From contig CAWBWI010000001.1 in NCBI GenBank assembly GCA_963792585.1, positions 1,888,001 to 1,952,000 of the forward strand: a stretch of DNA of 64,000 nucleotides, given 5' to 3'. Source of the stretch: Candidatus Eiseniibacteriota bacterium. Its GTDB lineage: Bacteria; Eisenbacteria; RBG-16-71-46; CAIMUX01; VGJL01. The number at the start of each line of letters is the position of its first letter. The stretch's first letter is position 1. Positions 10,610-22,900 of the stretch are shown one piece after another. Made by a program: the position numbers and the translations under genes. The notes beneath the pieces are model-generated. The model ran no database searches and had not been told where the DNA came from. It worked only from the letters and a program-made list of their open reading frames with translations.

Positions 10610-11875
10610 GTCCCTTCCATTAACTTCGTCCGGCCGTTCCTCCGAGAACGAGCGACCCCTCCACCGGCTTATTGAAGCGTGCGCCACCAATCGTACGCCG
10701 CCGGAAGCGTTGGGACCAGACTTCCTTCGGCCGGACGGTCAATACGCTTCTCGAGCTTCCGGAGAGTCCGGATCCAACGAAGATCACGCCGCGCGTCGGA
10801 AGTACCGGTGATGGAGCCCACCTGCCATCGGCTCCTCGAGAACCGGCCCCAAGTCGGGTAGCTCGATCCCCCGCGGAACCGGGCAGTCCTTCTCCAGGCC
10901 GAGATGGGTGCGCGATCCGTGGTAGTACTCGATGTAGCTCCTGAGCACGCGCCGTAGGTGTCTCTCGCTGAAGACGATCACATGATCGAGGCACTCCCTC
11001 CGGATCGATCCGATCACCCGCTCGACGTACGGGTTCTGCCACGGTGAGCGGGCCGAGATCGGCACCTCCTCGATCCCCATGCCCACGACACGTCCTACGA
11101 ACTCGTTCCCGTAGATCCCGTCCCGGTCTCGGATCAGGTATCGCGGGGCTGTCTCCCAAGGGAACGCCTCAATGATCTGCTGCCCCGTCCAGGCTGCACT
11201 CGGGTTCGTCGTCACGTTGAAGTGGATGATCCGTCTCCGGTGGTTGCTCAGAATGAGGAACACGAAGAGCACCCGAAACGTGGCCGTCGGCACCGTGAAG
11301 AAGTCGATCGAGACGATCTCCTGCGCGTGGTTCTCCAAGAACGTCCGCCAGTTCTGTGATGGCGGCTTCCTATTGCGAACCATGTACTTCGAGACGCCGG
11401 CCTGACTGATCTCGATGCCGAGTTTCAGCAGTTCCCCATGGATCCGCGGAGCACCCCAGAGTGCATTCGCCACCGACATCTGCCGGATGAGATCGCGAAC
11501 TTCTCCGGCGACCCTGGGCCTTCCCGATGCCTTCGATCGGCTCTTCCACCTCCAGTAAAGTCGGAACCCTTCCCGGTGCCATCGGATGACCGTCTCGGGT
11601 TGGACGATGGTCAGCGACTCCCGCCAGCCAGCCCAGAACCGGGACAGCAGCATCCAAAGGAGGCGATCTGCTCTTCCTGAGGCGCGGTTTCTTGGCAGTT
11701 CGTTGGAGGACATTGAGTTGGTGGCGAAGCGCGAGGTTCTCGATGGCGAGAGCGCGTTGCGATTGAAAGATGGAAACCAGGGTGTGGAGCAAGGTGAGAA
11801 GCATGGCAGCAAGCCTATCGATGTGATCGGCTAACCGCAACAGGACCAATGAGGACGAGGTTTACAGGAGGCACC
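10610..11875 (-). mobile_element. Insertion sequence with DDE integrase-core transposase (IS3/IS481-related); +1 frameshift near 11675
   Basis: SIDFFTVPT, LIRDRDG, SPWQNPYVERVIGSIRRECLDH; imperfect terminal IRs TGTCCCTTCCATTAACTTCGTCC / GGTGCCTCCTGTAAACCTCGTCC; N-terminus lies in another frame. Confidence 0.88.
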
Positions 11876-12947
11876 CGTCAGCGACGTAGGCGTAACTCCC
11901 CGTGACGGCCACACATTGCGCATCCCCCGGCGTGTCCACGCTCCCTACGATCTCGGGGCTCGCGGGATTCGCGGTGTCGTACACCAAGAGATCGGAAGCC
12001 TCATCGTTCACGATGTAGGCATGGGTGCCCGAGACAGCCACGCCCACGGCAACGAAATACGTGCCCGCGCTCCCCACAATCTTGGGGCCCTGGGGATTTG
12101 TGATATCGATCACCTGAAGACCGGAATCCCAGTCCGCCACGTAGGCGTAGTTGCCCGAGACGGCCACGCCCCTGGCACTCCCCTGCGTGTCCACGCTCCC
12201 CACGATCTGCGGGCTCGCGGGACTCGTGACGTCGATCGCCTGGAGACCGGAATCCCGGTCCGCGACGTAGGCGTAGTTGCCCGAGACGGCCACGCCCAAG
12301 GTATAGCCCGGCGTGTCCACGCTCCCCACGATCTGAGGGCTCGCGGGATTTGTGATGTCGATCACCTGGAGACCGCCGCCCCAGCCGTCGGCCACGTAGG
12401 CGTGGGTACCCGAGACGGCAACGTCCTCGGCAGAGCCCGGCGTGTTGACCATACCCCTATACCAGGGGCTCGCGGGATTCGTGATGTCGATCACCCCGAG
12501 ACCGAACTCGCCGGCCGCGACATAGGCGTAGTTGCCCGAGACGGTAACGTCCTCGGCATCGCCCGGCGTGTTGATGTTACCCACAATCCGGGGCCCCGCG
12601 GGATTCGTGATGTCGATCACCTGAAGGCCGCGCGGTGAGTCCGCGACGTAGGCGTAGTTGCCCGAGACGGCCACGCCCAAGGCATAGCCCGGCGTGTCCA
12701 CGCTCCCCACGATCTGAGGGCTCGCGGGATTTGTGATGTCGATCACCTGGAGACCGCCGCCCCAGCCGTCGGCCACGTAGGCGTGGGTACCCGAGATGGC
12801 AACGTCCGAAGCCCAAGTCCCTGGCATGAAAACCTTGCCCACCCAGTGGAGGTAGTCTCCGTAATCGATGCAGTCAGCAGAGGCAGGGCACGAAACTACG
12901 AGCACCCCAAGGAATGCCAGACCGATGACAACCACGGGAACTCTCAT
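11862..12947 (-). pseudogene. LVIVD-repeat secreted protein truncated by the IS
   Basis: Signal peptide; ~8 repeats VAVSGNYAYVAD...GLQVIDITNP; reading frame ends inside the IS terminus. Confidence 0.85.
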
Positions 12948-13088
12948 GGCCAGTCCCTCCCTTCGATCTGCCACCAAAGCACAGTCAATTCAGCACGGAG
13001 AGATGCGCGGGATGAGTTTAGGGGATCCTGACGCTCGGATCCATGGCGGATTTCGTAAACCCTTGCTCTGCACGCCACGCTCGCCCCA

Positions 13089-13350
13089 GCCTTCACCACG
13101 AGAACGCAGTTTCGTGAAGCGTCCTCTCTGGTACCCCGGAGCGAACCGCGTCGTTCACCACTCGGGCGGAGAGAACGGAGAGGGAGAGAGTCCCGGCCTC
13201 TTGGGTCGCAGAATAGGAGGGTTGCCTCCGGTCGCGCTCGATACGCTTCGCGAACAGAGAATCCGCACGGCAGAGGCACGCGCGCAACACCCTCGCGTTT
13301 CTGCGGATGACGAAGAGCCCCGGCGGCCTGCACCACCGAGGCTGCGGTCA
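13089..13350. repeat. Repeat family R, copy 3 (right end missing)
   Basis: Identical left block to copy 2; similarity stops at the stop codon of CDS 13348-14685. Confidence 0.9.
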
Positions 13351-14685
13351 CTTCAGAATGACAATCTTACGTTCCTCGTGAACCCCACCCGCGTCCAGTC
13401 TCAGGTAATAGATGCCGCTGGCGGCACGACGCTCGGTGGCTGTGTCTTCACGCCAACTAAAGGTGTAAACACCAGCCGGGAGCGATCCTTCGTGGAGCGT
13501 CTGCAAGAGCCTCCCGCGCGCATCGAAGAGCCTCAATGAAACATCATCCGAACTCATCAGACGCACTCGGCAAGAGCTTGGGCTCGATGATGGATTTGGA
13601 TAGAGGAGGAGTTGGATGCCATTCTCCTGTGGCAGCTCTGCATCCGGAGCGCCCGCTCCTGAGAGGTGCCACCGCCACACTCCCGAGCCTTCGAGCGCAA
13701 CGTAGAGGGTCGGTTCAGTGGGATGGCCTTCGAGAAACATGCTCGCATAGTAGAGGCTCACCGGCAACTCGGGGAGACCGTCACCGCACTGGAACCACGA
13801 CCCGCCCAGATCCGTCGTCCGCCATACCTGGTAGAACGTTTCCGCCATGTTGGCTCCGGATATGAAGAAGCACCCTGGCCACCAAGGTAGTGACCGAATC
13901 ACATTTGTGTCGAAAGGTGTCGCTCGCGCGGTCCAGCTATGCCCTGAGTCGGTGGACACGTCGACGACCTGCCCGAGCGTGCTGGCCATCATGACGCCAG
14001 GGGTATTCCACCCCACCTCGATCTCCCAGAACCAGCACGCATAGAGAAGCTGGTGCCAGTTGGCCCCCCCGTCGAGGGAGTTGAACAGGTCGATCGTCTC
14101 GATGGCGGACCCACCCACGCAGTAAGCGAGATTGGCATCCGCGGGGTCGAATCGCGCATGGGATGGCCAGTTCTGTGGTCCGCCATGAGGGGCCCGCCAG
14201 GACCATCCTGCGTCGGTCGAGTATCGTAGCGGATCACTGATGAGGATGTGGGACGTGTCGGACGGAGCCTGCGTCAGGCGATCGAGAATGAAGTAGTCGG
14301 CATGCGTCGCCATCCAGGTTGCGCCTCCGTCCGTCGAGCGTTGCACGTAGCACCAGTCCCCCGGGCGGTCCGTGGTCACGAGTATGTTCTCGTCAGCCTC
14401 CCCCCACACGGTGACACCGTAGATGTTGTAGCCAGGCCACGCCAGCTGGTCCCATTGTCCGCTAGCGAACCGGTACCGATAGAGACCGAGGCCCGTTCTA
14501 TCGTCCTCGGAGAGCCCGAGATAGATGGCGTGCTTCGAGACGAAGAAGGCATCGGGTCTATACCCCACGCCGGGGCCGAGGAACTCCCACGATCCCTGGG
14601 CAAGGGCAAGCCCGCCGACCATGCAAAGGATTGCTCCCGCGAGGATGCAACCGAGGATCATGGACTCTGTGGAGGGCCTTCTCAT
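13348..14685 (-). CDS. Secreted BNR/Asp-box beta-propeller protein with FlgD-Ig C-terminal domain
   Basis: Signal peptide; repeated SxDxGxxW; YPNP...SGIYYLRL. Confidence 0.85.
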   Translation of the reverse strand: MRRPSTESMILGCILAGAILCMVGGLALAQGSWEFLGPGVGYRPDAFFVSKHAIYLGLSEDDRTGLGLYRYRFASGQWDQLAWPGYNIYGVTVWGEADENILVTTDRPGDWCYVQRSTDGGATWMATHADYFILDRLTQAPSDTSHILISDPLRYSTDAGWSWRAPHGGPQNWPSHARFDPADANLAYCVGGSAIETIDLFNSLDGGANWHQLLYACWFWEIEVGWNTPGVMMASTLGQVVDVSTDSGHSWTARATPFDTNVIRSLPWWPGCFFISGANMAETFYQVWRTTDLGGSWFQCGDGLPELPVSLYYASMFLEGHPTEPTLYVALEGSGVWRWHLSGAGAPDAELPQENGIQLLLYPNPSSSPSSCRVRLMSSDDVSLRLFDARGRLLQTLHEGSLPAGVYTFSWREDTATERRAASGIYYLRLDAGGVHEERKIVILK

Positions 14686-14827
14686 GGAAGTACCACCTCT
14701 GATCTCGGAACGAATAGCCTCAAGCCGCGCCGACCAGGCTCCCGCTACCTACCTCTCGCCCCAGCGGCCGCCTGTCGAACACCGCGCCCCCGAGTATAGC
14801 GCGCCTTGGCTCCCGAAGCCAGGCAGC

Positions 14828-15150
14828 CCGTTCACCATGGGAATGCAGTTTCGTTAAGCGTCCTCTCTGGGGTTCGCTCATGCTGAGAGCGTTCACCACT
14901 TGAGCCGAGAGAACGGGAGACGAGAGAGTTTGGCCCCGTTTCCGGCCCGTGCGTTCACCACTTCCACGGACGGCGACTTCGCAGAGAGTGCCGTGACCAG
15001 ACCCGCCCCCGCAACACCTTCGCGTTTCTGCAAATACAACGCGCCTATTCGCAGGTCAGCACCATCGCTCCGTCGACCACTCTCTGCTGCGCAAGTTCGT
15101 CGCTTGCATCTCCGGCTCCCCGGAGAGGACAGTTTACGAACGGTTCTCTC
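14828..15150. repeat. Repeat family R, copy 4
   Basis: Left block TCGCTCATGCTGAGAGCGT shared with copy 1; right end CCCCGGAGAGGAC...TACGAACGGTTCTCTC shared with copy 2. Confidence 0.85.
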
Positions 15151-15608
15151 TCCTGAGACACCACGTTACCACCATCCCGTGCATCCCGTCCTCAGTAGCA
15201 TGCACCATTACTGCCGGCCGCTCGCGTAGCTCAATTCCGTCCATTGGGGCACGGCGATCGCCAGGGGTACCTACGTCCCGGCCTGCCAGGGACCGCCTCA
15301 ACGCGCCCGGACCCGCACTTGAGAGCGCCTGTGGCAAAGGGCTCATTCCCTCCAAGGGCTGCAGTTCAGATGATCAGACCATCCTCGGGTCCGTGCACCC
15401 GGCGAATGGAGCCTTCGCGGAGTGCAGCAGCCCCGTGACAAGTCAAGGACTTGCTACCCGGTCGGTTCCCGCACCCGCAGGGCATGCGGGTGGCCCACCA
15501 GGAAACCGACACTGTGGTCATCCGAGGCTCCTCCCTGGACATTGCGGAAGTCCAGCGGGGTAACTTAGGCACCATCGGGCTCCATATTCGCGATGAACTG
15601 GAGCGCCC

Positions 15609-16760
15609 TCATGGCGCAGCGTCACGGTCGAGCAGTCGATCATAAAGAGCGAGCAGTCTCATCGTCCAAGTCGAGATCGTGAATTCGCTCAGGACCCGCG
15701 CCCGACCCGATTGGCCGAGGCTCCTTCGCAGCGCAGGCTCGCGCATTAGACGCTCGATAGCCGCAGCTAGCGCCGCTGGATCGCGCGGCGCGACGAGAAG
15801 CCCATCGATACCCTCCCGAACCGTTTCACGGATCGCGGGCAAGTCAGTTGCGACCACTGGCAGTCCGTGCCCCATCGCCTCAAGCAGTACCAGTCCCTGT
15901 CCTTCGTAGTGCGTCGAGAGGACGAAAACATCCCACCTCGGGTACGCAGTGGTCGGGTCGTCGACGAATCCGATGAACTCGACGGCGTTTCCCAACCCTA
16001 GTGCCGCAGCCAGAGCCTCCGACGCGCCTCTCGTCGGACCATCCCCTACGAGAATCAATCTCGAGTGGGGCCGAGTTCGTCGGACCAATTCAAAGGCCCG
16101 CAGCAGCGTATAGTGGTCCTTCTGGGTCCGGAAATTCGCTACCGATCCAATGACAAAGTCCCTTTCGATCGGATCGACCCCATGCGTTGTCTCCAGCACC
16201 GTGGGGACTCTCGGCAGTGCACTCGGCAGATGGATTACCTTCGCCAGGCACGTCCAGCCATGGGTGACTAGCAGACCACCGATCTCCTTGCTAACGACAA
16301 CGTGTGCGTCGATGACACGTCTGTCCACAAAGCGTGCCGCAATCCCAGATGCAACCGAACGGAGTGGGGCGCTGTGCGGTTTGGACGGATTGCCGGTCTG
16401 CAGCAATCCACGAGGTGGGTTGTGCCAGTGGAATACAATAGGCATATGCGGACGTCGCCAATCGCATGCGAGTGCAAATGGCAGTGCGAACGAGAATGAG
16501 AGGTGGGCAAGCCCGATCTGACGCTCATGCTGGAAGCGTTCGAGCTGCCTCGCGAAACCGGCGCGGAGGGGCCGTAGGATCTGAGGAACCACAAGCGTTT
16601 CTACGTGGTCACCCATCGTCCGCATCCAAGGTCTTTCATCTGGAAACGCGACCGTCAGGGCGTCTCCCCGCGCATGGAGCGCCTCGCCCAATGCTCTCAG
16701 ATGATCCGCTATGGCCCCAGGAAATGGAGGCGCGTAGTGGAGGGCGTGCAAGATCTTCAC
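15609..16760 (-). CDS. Glycosyltransferase family 4
   Basis: FVLSTHYEGQGLVLLEAMGHGLPVVATD (EX7E) motif. Confidence 0.92.
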   Translation of the reverse strand: MKILHALHYAPPFPGAIADHLRALGEALHARGDALTVAFPDERPWMRTMGDHVETLVVPQILRPLRAGFARQLERFQHERQIGLAHLSFSFALPFALACDWRRPHMPIVFHWHNPPRGLLQTGNPSKPHSAPLRSVASGIAARFVDRRVIDAHVVVSKEIGGLLVTHGWTCLAKVIHLPSALPRVPTVLETTHGVDPIERDFVIGSVANFRTQKDHYTLLRAFELVRRTRPHSRLILVGDGPTRGASEALAAALGLGNAVEFIGFVDDPTTAYPRWDVFVLSTHYEGQGLVLLEAMGHGLPVVATDLPAIRETVREGIDGLLVAPRDPAALAAAIERLMREPALRRSLGQSGRARVLSEFTISTWTMRLLALYDRLLDRDAAP

Positions 16761-17947
16761 GCAGCCGTCCCCACGCGAGCGGACTTCTTGAATCTCCTGC
16801 CGAGTATCCGCCGGAGAACCAAGAGCCAGATTGCCAGGAGGACTAGCCAGTTCCAGTACTCAATCGGGAGCATCCATAGGGGACCCACGGGGGCGGTATC
16901 CGCCCGCCCGAGCATGCGCCAAAGAATTTGCTGCGTGGGAACGAGCGCAGCGGCACATACTAGTCGCGTCGCGGACGTCCAACCGAGCCAGGTCAGGAGC
17001 ACAAACGCTGGGATCAAAAGGAGGGAGAATGAATAGGTGATCATCCTCGGCACCAATAGGCCATAGGTCAGGACTAAGAAGTGGATTGGTATCAGCTGAT
17101 CCGACTCGATCCGCCTGAGATTGGATGCCGCACGGACGCTAGGCACCATCAGCGCTCCCGCCGAGATGACGTATACAGTCGCAGCAACCCACCCATCCGA
17201 CCACCCCAGTAAGATCAACGTTAGGTCCCGAGAGAGGGCAAACAGACTTGAATCGATGGGGCCTCTGAGCGAATCAAAGCTCTTCGCGATTGTCGTGAGC
17301 CCATCCTCTAGCCCAGGAACCACGACGAGCGGCCCGCAGAACAACACCATGGCAATCAGGGCGCCAACAACGAATACCCGTCGGGCTTGTGGGTGCCTAG
17401 AACACAGAAGGAGACACAGGAACATAGCCGGCAGGATCTTGAACATGCCTGCCACGAGAACCAAGAGCGAGAATCGGCGGTTCCGATCCTCCTTGAGGGC
17501 CCTAAACGCCAGGAGCAACAGGAGGGCCTCGATTGTGGCGACGTTCCCCGCCCGAAGGTCGAAACCGAGAGCCGCATTGAATGCGAAGCACGCAAATAGC
17601 AGAAACCCGCCGAACGCCTCGCGTTCCGGGACAAATCCGCGGGCCACCAGAAGGAATGCCACAGTCGCAGCAACCTTGAGTGTCAAGAAAGCATAGTAGG
17701 CGGCTTCGAATGGGAGCAGCCCAAATGGTAGTATCATGATCGGGCGATATGGAGGGTAGAGTCCAGAAAGATCTGCCAAACCGTGGGCGAAAAGGTTATA
17801 CAAACGGAAATCCCATTGATACTTCTGGGGATCCACAACAACTAGAACAAGTTGCGTAAGAAGGCCTAGAACTCCGCCCCCCGCCGCCACACGCGCCGAG
17901 CTGTGCCGCCATCGACGCTCACCAGTTGCTGTCACACGCAAGCTCAC
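16757..17947 (-). CDS. Polytopic membrane glycosyltransferase, GT87/DUF2029-like
   Basis: Many TM segments; WDF, YPP, GNV and FKILP motifs; overlaps the GT4 start. Confidence 0.7.
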   Translation of the reverse strand: MSLRVTATGERRWRHSSARVAAGGGVLGLLTQLVLVVVDPQKYQWDFRLYNLFAHGLADLSGLYPPYRPIMILPFGLLPFEAAYYAFLTLKVAATVAFLLVARGFVPEREAFGGFLLFACFAFNAALGFDLRAGNVATIEALLLLLAFRALKEDRNRRFSLLVLVAGMFKILPAMFLCLLLCSRHPQARRVFVVGALIAMVLFCGPLVVVPGLEDGLTTIAKSFDSLRGPIDSSLFALSRDLTLILLGWSDGWVAATVYVISAGALMVPSVRAASNLRRIESDQLIPIHFLVLTYGLLVPRMITYSFSLLLIPAFVLLTWLGWTSATRLVCAAALVPTQQILWRMLGRADTAPVGPLWMLPIEYWNWLVLLAIWLLVLRRILGRRFKKSARVGTAA

Positions 17948-18210
17948 TTCTTAGGGGTAGCGTGAGAAAGTCCCAGGAATCTGCAATAAGGCAAGTGTTC
18001 ATTCGGGCCACGGCGCCTCCAACACCCTTCGCCTCTGATCAACGGCTCTGCCTCGGTCATTCCCCCGAGAAACGCTACCATCCACTGCCGCAAAGAAGGA
18101 GCGCCACCAGCAAGAGCTCGCACGGAAACGAATCCACTTCTCTCGTCCCTCCACGCGTCCTCTCCAATTGTGCCAAGTTCAGCAGGCTAGGACAAGCGAC
18201 AAGGTCCGAG

Positions 18211-19495
18211 GGTGATGTATCTGTTCTTGTGTCAGGCAGAAAGAAGGGGTAGCTCCCATGTGGGTCTAGAGGGACCACAGAAAGGAGTTACCCCATGTCG
18301 CCGTTTGCGACGGTCAAGAGTGTGCGTCAGGCGGGCAGACTGATCAAGAGGCTGATGAACCATCACCCCGAGGGCTGGGGAGACTTGAAGGAGGCGGGTC
18401 GGGAGGGTCTCCGGCGCTGTCTCGAGGAGGAGATGGACCACCGGGTGCGCTCCTGGCTCGAGGACTCCCTCGGTCGTGGAGAGCAGGATCGCCGGAACGG
18501 ATCCTATCGCAGGCACTTGCTGACGGCCTTGGGTGACATCGAGGTCTCGATCCCCCGGACACGGCACTACAGTCCGGTCTCCGTGGCCCAAGCCTATGCG
18601 CGACGCAGTGGAGACGTCGACCGAGCCATCCTGGCCTGCTTCGTCCTGGGTCTGTCCACACGGAAGGTCGCGGAGGCGTTGCTGCCGATCCTGGGCGAGC
18701 GGGTCAGCGCCTCGACAGTCAGTCGGGTCTCACGAGTTCTCGACGCGGAGGTCGAGGCGTTTCATCGCCGGCCATTGAAGAACCGGTACCGAGTGCTGCA
18801 GTTCGACGGAGTGGTGCTCTCGCGCAAGACGGGCGTGGGAGCCAGCAAACGCCCGGTTCTCGTGGCTTTGGGGATCCAGCCGGACGGGAGGAAGGAGATC
18901 ATCGACTTTCTGCTGGCGAGCTCTGAGGGCCAGGACTCATGGGAAGGCCTTCTGAACGATCTCTACCGACGGGGGCTGACGGGGAAGGGAGTGGATCTGA
19001 TCACGATCGATGGGTGTGGGGGGCTGCGAGCCGCTCTGCGGGTCGTCTATCCACGGATCCCCGTTCAACGCTGCTGGGCGCATAAGGTCCGCAACATCCT
19101 GGACAAGGTGCGGGTCGGAGACTGGGAAGCGGTGAAGCGGGATCTGAGGAAGATCTACGGGGCGAAGAACCGGATGCGGGCAATCCAGGCAGCCATCCGC
19201 TTCGGGGACCGGTGGGATGGGCTCTACCACGCGGCCGTGCGATGCCTGATGAAGGACCTCGACGAGTTGCTGAACCACTACGACCTGAAGGAGTCGGAGT
19301 GGCAGCGGATGAGCCGGACGACGAACGCGATCGAGCGTCGATTCCGGGAGGTGCGGCGCCGGACCCGTCCGATGGGGGCATTCAGCGACCGGACGAGCAT
19401 CGAACGGATCCTGTATGCCGTTTTCAACTACGCGAATAAGGGAGAAGGGGCGGCTACCCCGTTTCTGCTCGTGACACAAAACACGTGACGTTACC
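18211..19495 (+). mobile_element. IS256-family insertion sequence, intact
   Basis: Imperfect ~24-bp IRs GGTGATGTATCTGTTCTTGTGTCA / GGTAACGTCACGTGTTTTGTGTCA; 8-bp target duplication GGTCCGAG at 18203-18210 and 19496-19503. Confidence 0.95.
18295..19488 (+). CDS. IS256 (Mutator-family) transposase
   Basis: RRNGSY, GLSTRKV, QFDG, TIDG, QRCWAH, TTNAIER motifs. Confidence 0.96.
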   Translation: MSPFATVKSVRQAGRLIKRLMNHHPEGWGDLKEAGREGLRRCLEEEMDHRVRSWLEDSLGRGEQDRRNGSYRRHLLTALGDIEVSIPRTRHYSPVSVAQAYARRSGDVDRAILACFVLGLSTRKVAEALLPILGERVSASTVSRVSRVLDAEVEAFHRRPLKNRYRVLQFDGVVLSRKTGVGASKRPVLVALGIQPDGRKEIIDFLLASSEGQDSWEGLLNDLYRRGLTGKGVDLITIDGCGGLRAALRVVYPRIPVQRCWAHKVRNILDKVRVGDWEAVKRDLRKIYGAKNRMRAIQAAIRFGDRWDGLYHAAVRCLMKDLDELLNHYDLKESEWQRMSRTTNAIERRFREVRRRTRPMGAFSDRTSIERILYAVFNYANKGEGAATPFLLVTQNT

Positions 19496-19921
19496 GGTCC
19501 GAGTCACCCACGCTCGTACCCGTCTGCCGGCCGGACCAGATCTCATCTGAACCTCCGCTTGATAGCCCATCCGATAGACCGCCAGCCACGCCCGTCTCAA
19601 GAGGCTCCCAGCTCAAGAGCAGAGGAAAGGACCTGCCCAGGGGATTGATAGCCCTATACTCCTTTGCCCGCAAGCTTGGACTGCAGCAAACGGAGGCGGT
19701 CTCCTCTGTGGGAAGAAGAGAAGCCGCCTCCATGAATCAGCAGTCCGACCTATTGCCATTCCACACTAGCCAGTTTGACACGACCAATTCGCGAATCGTA
19801 GTGTCGTGCCGCCCTTGACAGGGCGATCGACTCCTCTTCCATGAGGACCTCGGACTCCACGTGACAATGCTCCTTCCAGCCGCCTAACCAAAACCAGATG
19901 GCCGCGAGATACCGCTTCTTT

Positions 19922-22900
19922 CTACTTCACACAGACTAGTGGCAGCCGTAATGCCCGCCCATTACCCCCCAACCATAGGAAGTAGACCCCGCCCGCCACG
20001 GCATTTCCTCTCGCATCGGTTCCATCCCAGATTGCAGATCCGACGGTCCCGATGTCTTCCAACACACCAAGATCCCTCACCAGTACTCCACCTGCGGAGT
20101 AGATTCGCCCCCGAACTTCCCCACCCGGATCGCCGCGTAGCCGTATGTTGACTCGCTCCGAAAACGGGTTTGGCCACGCCATCCCTACGAGGTTCCCGAA
20201 GCCACTCGTATCAGACTCGCTCGCCTGAGAAGGGTTGCTCGAGATGAATTTCGCCACATACCAGGCACCCGGCGCAAGCGTGCAACTCAAAGGTTCTCCT
20301 TCTACTGGCAGGGCCATGGACGCGCCGCTAACCGACGAGTCAACACCCTCGAATGACCACTCCGAAGGTACATGCAGGTCTCCCCATGGAACCTCCACGG
20401 TCTCTTGTTGATCGTGCCCCAGATTGGCAAACACCACCCACGTCCCGCCCTCACCGTTACGAAGCCACGGCCCGGCTGCATATATTACAGGAGACAACTG
20501 GCACTCAGGAACGTAGACGTTCGCAGGGCCGAACCTAACGTAATATGGTGCAATCCTGTTAAGCCAACCTCGTACGGCCTCTATAGTATCGACAAGCCCT
20601 GATCCAAGCCTCGTCCACAGTTCAGCATGGTGATTGCGCATGTCCCACTCGCTGCCAAACCCGCCGCAGTCGCTACAGTCCGTGTCCGCACCACCGTGAA
20701 AGCGCACGAAGAGGTGTACGCTATTTACACCCATTAGCAATGCCGCAAGCGCCTGCGCTCCCACGCCATCAGGGTCGGCCCTTAGGTACTGCCCCTCTTC
20801 TAGGTATGCCCCCTGGATATGTACTTCCAACGGAACATCCTGTCGCACATTCCGTTTCATCTCCTCGATGCGCGTAACAAGTTCGCACAGTGCCGTTATT
20901 GATTGCTCCCAGCCGCGCTCGACATACTGCTCCTCAACAGCAACTTCGAGCAAGTCTCGCACCTCACGTCCCCACTTCAAATTCGGTTCTGAGTTGATCG
21001 TGAGCGGCTTGCGGGTATTGTTCGCCCGAAACCGATAGGCGGCTTCGTACAGATCATCAAGGTCTACCCCTGAGTCGAGCGGCTCGCTTCCCAGGCCAAG
21101 GGTTAGCAGCCCAGGCAAATCGACCGATTCGGCCGCCTCTTCCACGCAACCATAGTCCGGAACAAGCGCTCCGTCGAAAAGCCACGCGCAGCCAAGCAAT
21201 GCTTCCGAGTACATTCCAGATGCAAATGCCACTGGGCTGAGCATCGCTGGAGACCCCACCATCTTGAATCCGAGAGCCGCCACCTCTCGTATCCTGTCCC
21301 CGCACTCCTCGCACGAGGCGCTCCAGCAACATCCAGCTGGCCCGTCCATCCCGAAGAACTGCTGTGGCAAGCCTGGGACTATTAAGTTAGTTGGACGGAG
21401 CTTCCGATACTCCCCAAGGCCGTCTGGCCGCTGGAGCAAGTAAAACAGCATGTTCCCATTCAGGATGGACTGTTGTGACCATGGCCCGGCCTCTAGGCGG
21501 TGCATTCTACGCGTGGTGGTAGTTGCAGGCTCCACGGAGCTCGCAACTTGGTCAAGCGGTGAGTCGTAGACTTCACAGATGTCAGCCTGGTTCGTATAGC
21601 AAGCACTCAGACTCTGGAAATACACGTCGGCCCGGGGCAATACTCGCCAATCGACCCTTAACTGTGGATCGCCGTGCATCATTCTCGGACTCTGGGGAAA
21701 CGCAAAAGGTACATATAGCCGGGTCTCGCCCATCCACGTTACGTACGGAGGAAGACTATCGCCCAGTGCCAACGATATTCCTAGGCCGGACGCGTCGTCC
21801 GATGTCTCCAATTCGAAAGACCAAGCCCTTCCTGAAAGACCATCCGTATCCTCCTCAATCTCGAGTCTTCCGATGGCATCCGTCAGGAATGAGTGCTCTT
21901 CACCTCTTGGATCGCGCAGGATTACTCGGACTTGCGGGTGGACCCGATAGCTGTATTGGCCGACCTCATTCCACTCACTTCGTCCGCATTCAATGCTCAG
22001 TCTGATTGTTGCTAGCTTGCTAGGCACGAAGAAGGTGTAGGTCGGCGTCCTGGCAGTTCCCTGCCCGAAAGCGCATTTGCTCCAGGACAGACTAGAGTTT
22101 GGTCCAATGACTACACCGGGCGCATCACTTCTGACATCGAGATCCTCATATGGATTCATAACGCGGACATGGAGGATCTCTCCGGTGGCGCCCCCGTTGA
22201 CGGAAAGCACCTGCTCCTGGCCTTCAATCAAGGTTATGAAGTCCTTCGTGGGGTCTGACTCCCTCCGGACTTCTATCCTCGTCGCGCTCGTATTGGCATC
22301 ATCGCAATTCGCGGGATCTCTAAGCCACACTGTCTTTGTCGACCCCGGCTTAACAAAGAAGCTAAACGAGTGTCTACCTACAAGTATTAGACTACCTGCA
22401 CCGCACGCGCAGTTTGTTTCCGATCCGGCCACTTGTCCACCGTAGTCGGTTCCATGTGGGGCGTAGAAGGTGGTGCCGTTGTCCGTATGGAACAGTTCCT
22501 GCGGTGCGAATTCTGCGTGGACAGGCTTTGCTGGATCTGGATTGAATGCGTGGGCAGGATACCACCACTGATCTGATCCTTCACTTCGGAATCCAACACG
22601 GAGCAACCCGTAACTATAGCGATGGTATATGTCAACCTGCGGTTGGATCTCCAGAGTCCACACCGCTCCCCGCCAGGCTGGGGATATGTTTGATTGTTCG
22701 TACTGCCTGCCGAGGGCCCAGCGATCCCAAATCCTTTGACCATCCGGAGCATGCAGGATGACATCTCCGTAGGGTGACCCAGTCGCGCAGTCGATCTGAA
22801 GATCTTTCGCCATATTGGGAACCCAGAACCGGAAGAATATCGGAACGGGGAGTTCCTGCTCCAGGCCAATTAGGTTTCCATTGTGCTGTTCGCCGTCCTC

